From the NCBI GenBank assembly GCA_964016885.1, contig OZ024740.1:298778001-298842000 (forward strand): DNA of 64,000 bases, written 5' to 3'. Origin of the DNA: Eledone cirrhosa. Its lineage: Eukaryota. Every line of letters begins with the position of its first letter. Position 1 is the stretch's first letter. Both the position numbers and the translations under genes were made by a program. A model generated the notes under the pieces. It worked only from the letters and a program-made list of their open reading frames with translations, made no database searches and was not told the DNA's origin. This document shows positions 63,677 through 64,000 of the stretch, piece by piece.

Positions 63677-64000
63677 TGTGTGTGTATATTTACTTATTTA
63701 TTATTAGTACAGATTAAAAGTTTAACATTTACATTATTTTATATATACTATTATACATTATTTTATATATACTATTTTATTTTCACAGTAAAAGCTTTAT
63801 CTTACATAATTATCTCATGTAATATCGAATCTACAAAATTTTTATGTCATTTATTTTGAGAACAGTACTTTAATGTAGGTATGAGTGGCCAGTTTGAACA
63901 GAAAGAGGGGAGAGAGTTCTGGCCAGATACAGCCGGTTTAAATCATAAAGGGTTAAGCAAGACATTTCTGCTTTCACCCTAACAGAGATCATCTGAGTTT

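Overview
AT-rich, microsatellite-dense animal genomic DNA. The SINE/RTE/MITE repertoire is consistent with an octopus-like cephalopod, but this is inference. The only host gene is a plus-strand PNPT1 (polynucleotide phosphorylase), of which three small exons are visible (27104-27267, 42709-42780, 63397-63460), separated by 15.4 kb and 20.6 kb introns and preceded by more than 27 kb with no exon I could find. The introns are filled with mobile DNA: a near full-length R4/Dong-type RLE LINE in (TAA)n, a 5'-truncated Penelope-like element (RT + C-terminal GIY-YIG) in (TA)n, RTE LINE fragments, tRNA-derived SINEs, non-autonomous Helitrons, TTAA and mariner-type MITEs and a pogo/Tigger transposase relic. 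The most notable unannotated signal is a set of type I hammerhead ribozyme motifs: four with complete catalytic cores and four decayed, from at least four sequence families, all in inserts bounded by (TA)n. They include a 46-nt minimal ribozyme in a ~170-bp mini-element, one in the 3' end of the Penelope-like element, and a sense/antisense pair inside a 264-bp inverted repeat. (TA)n loci also carry short inverted copies of their own flanks and ~107-nt hairpin elements sharing an AGAGTACTCRATAC motif. All calls come from reading the sequence by eye; no searches or folding programs were run.
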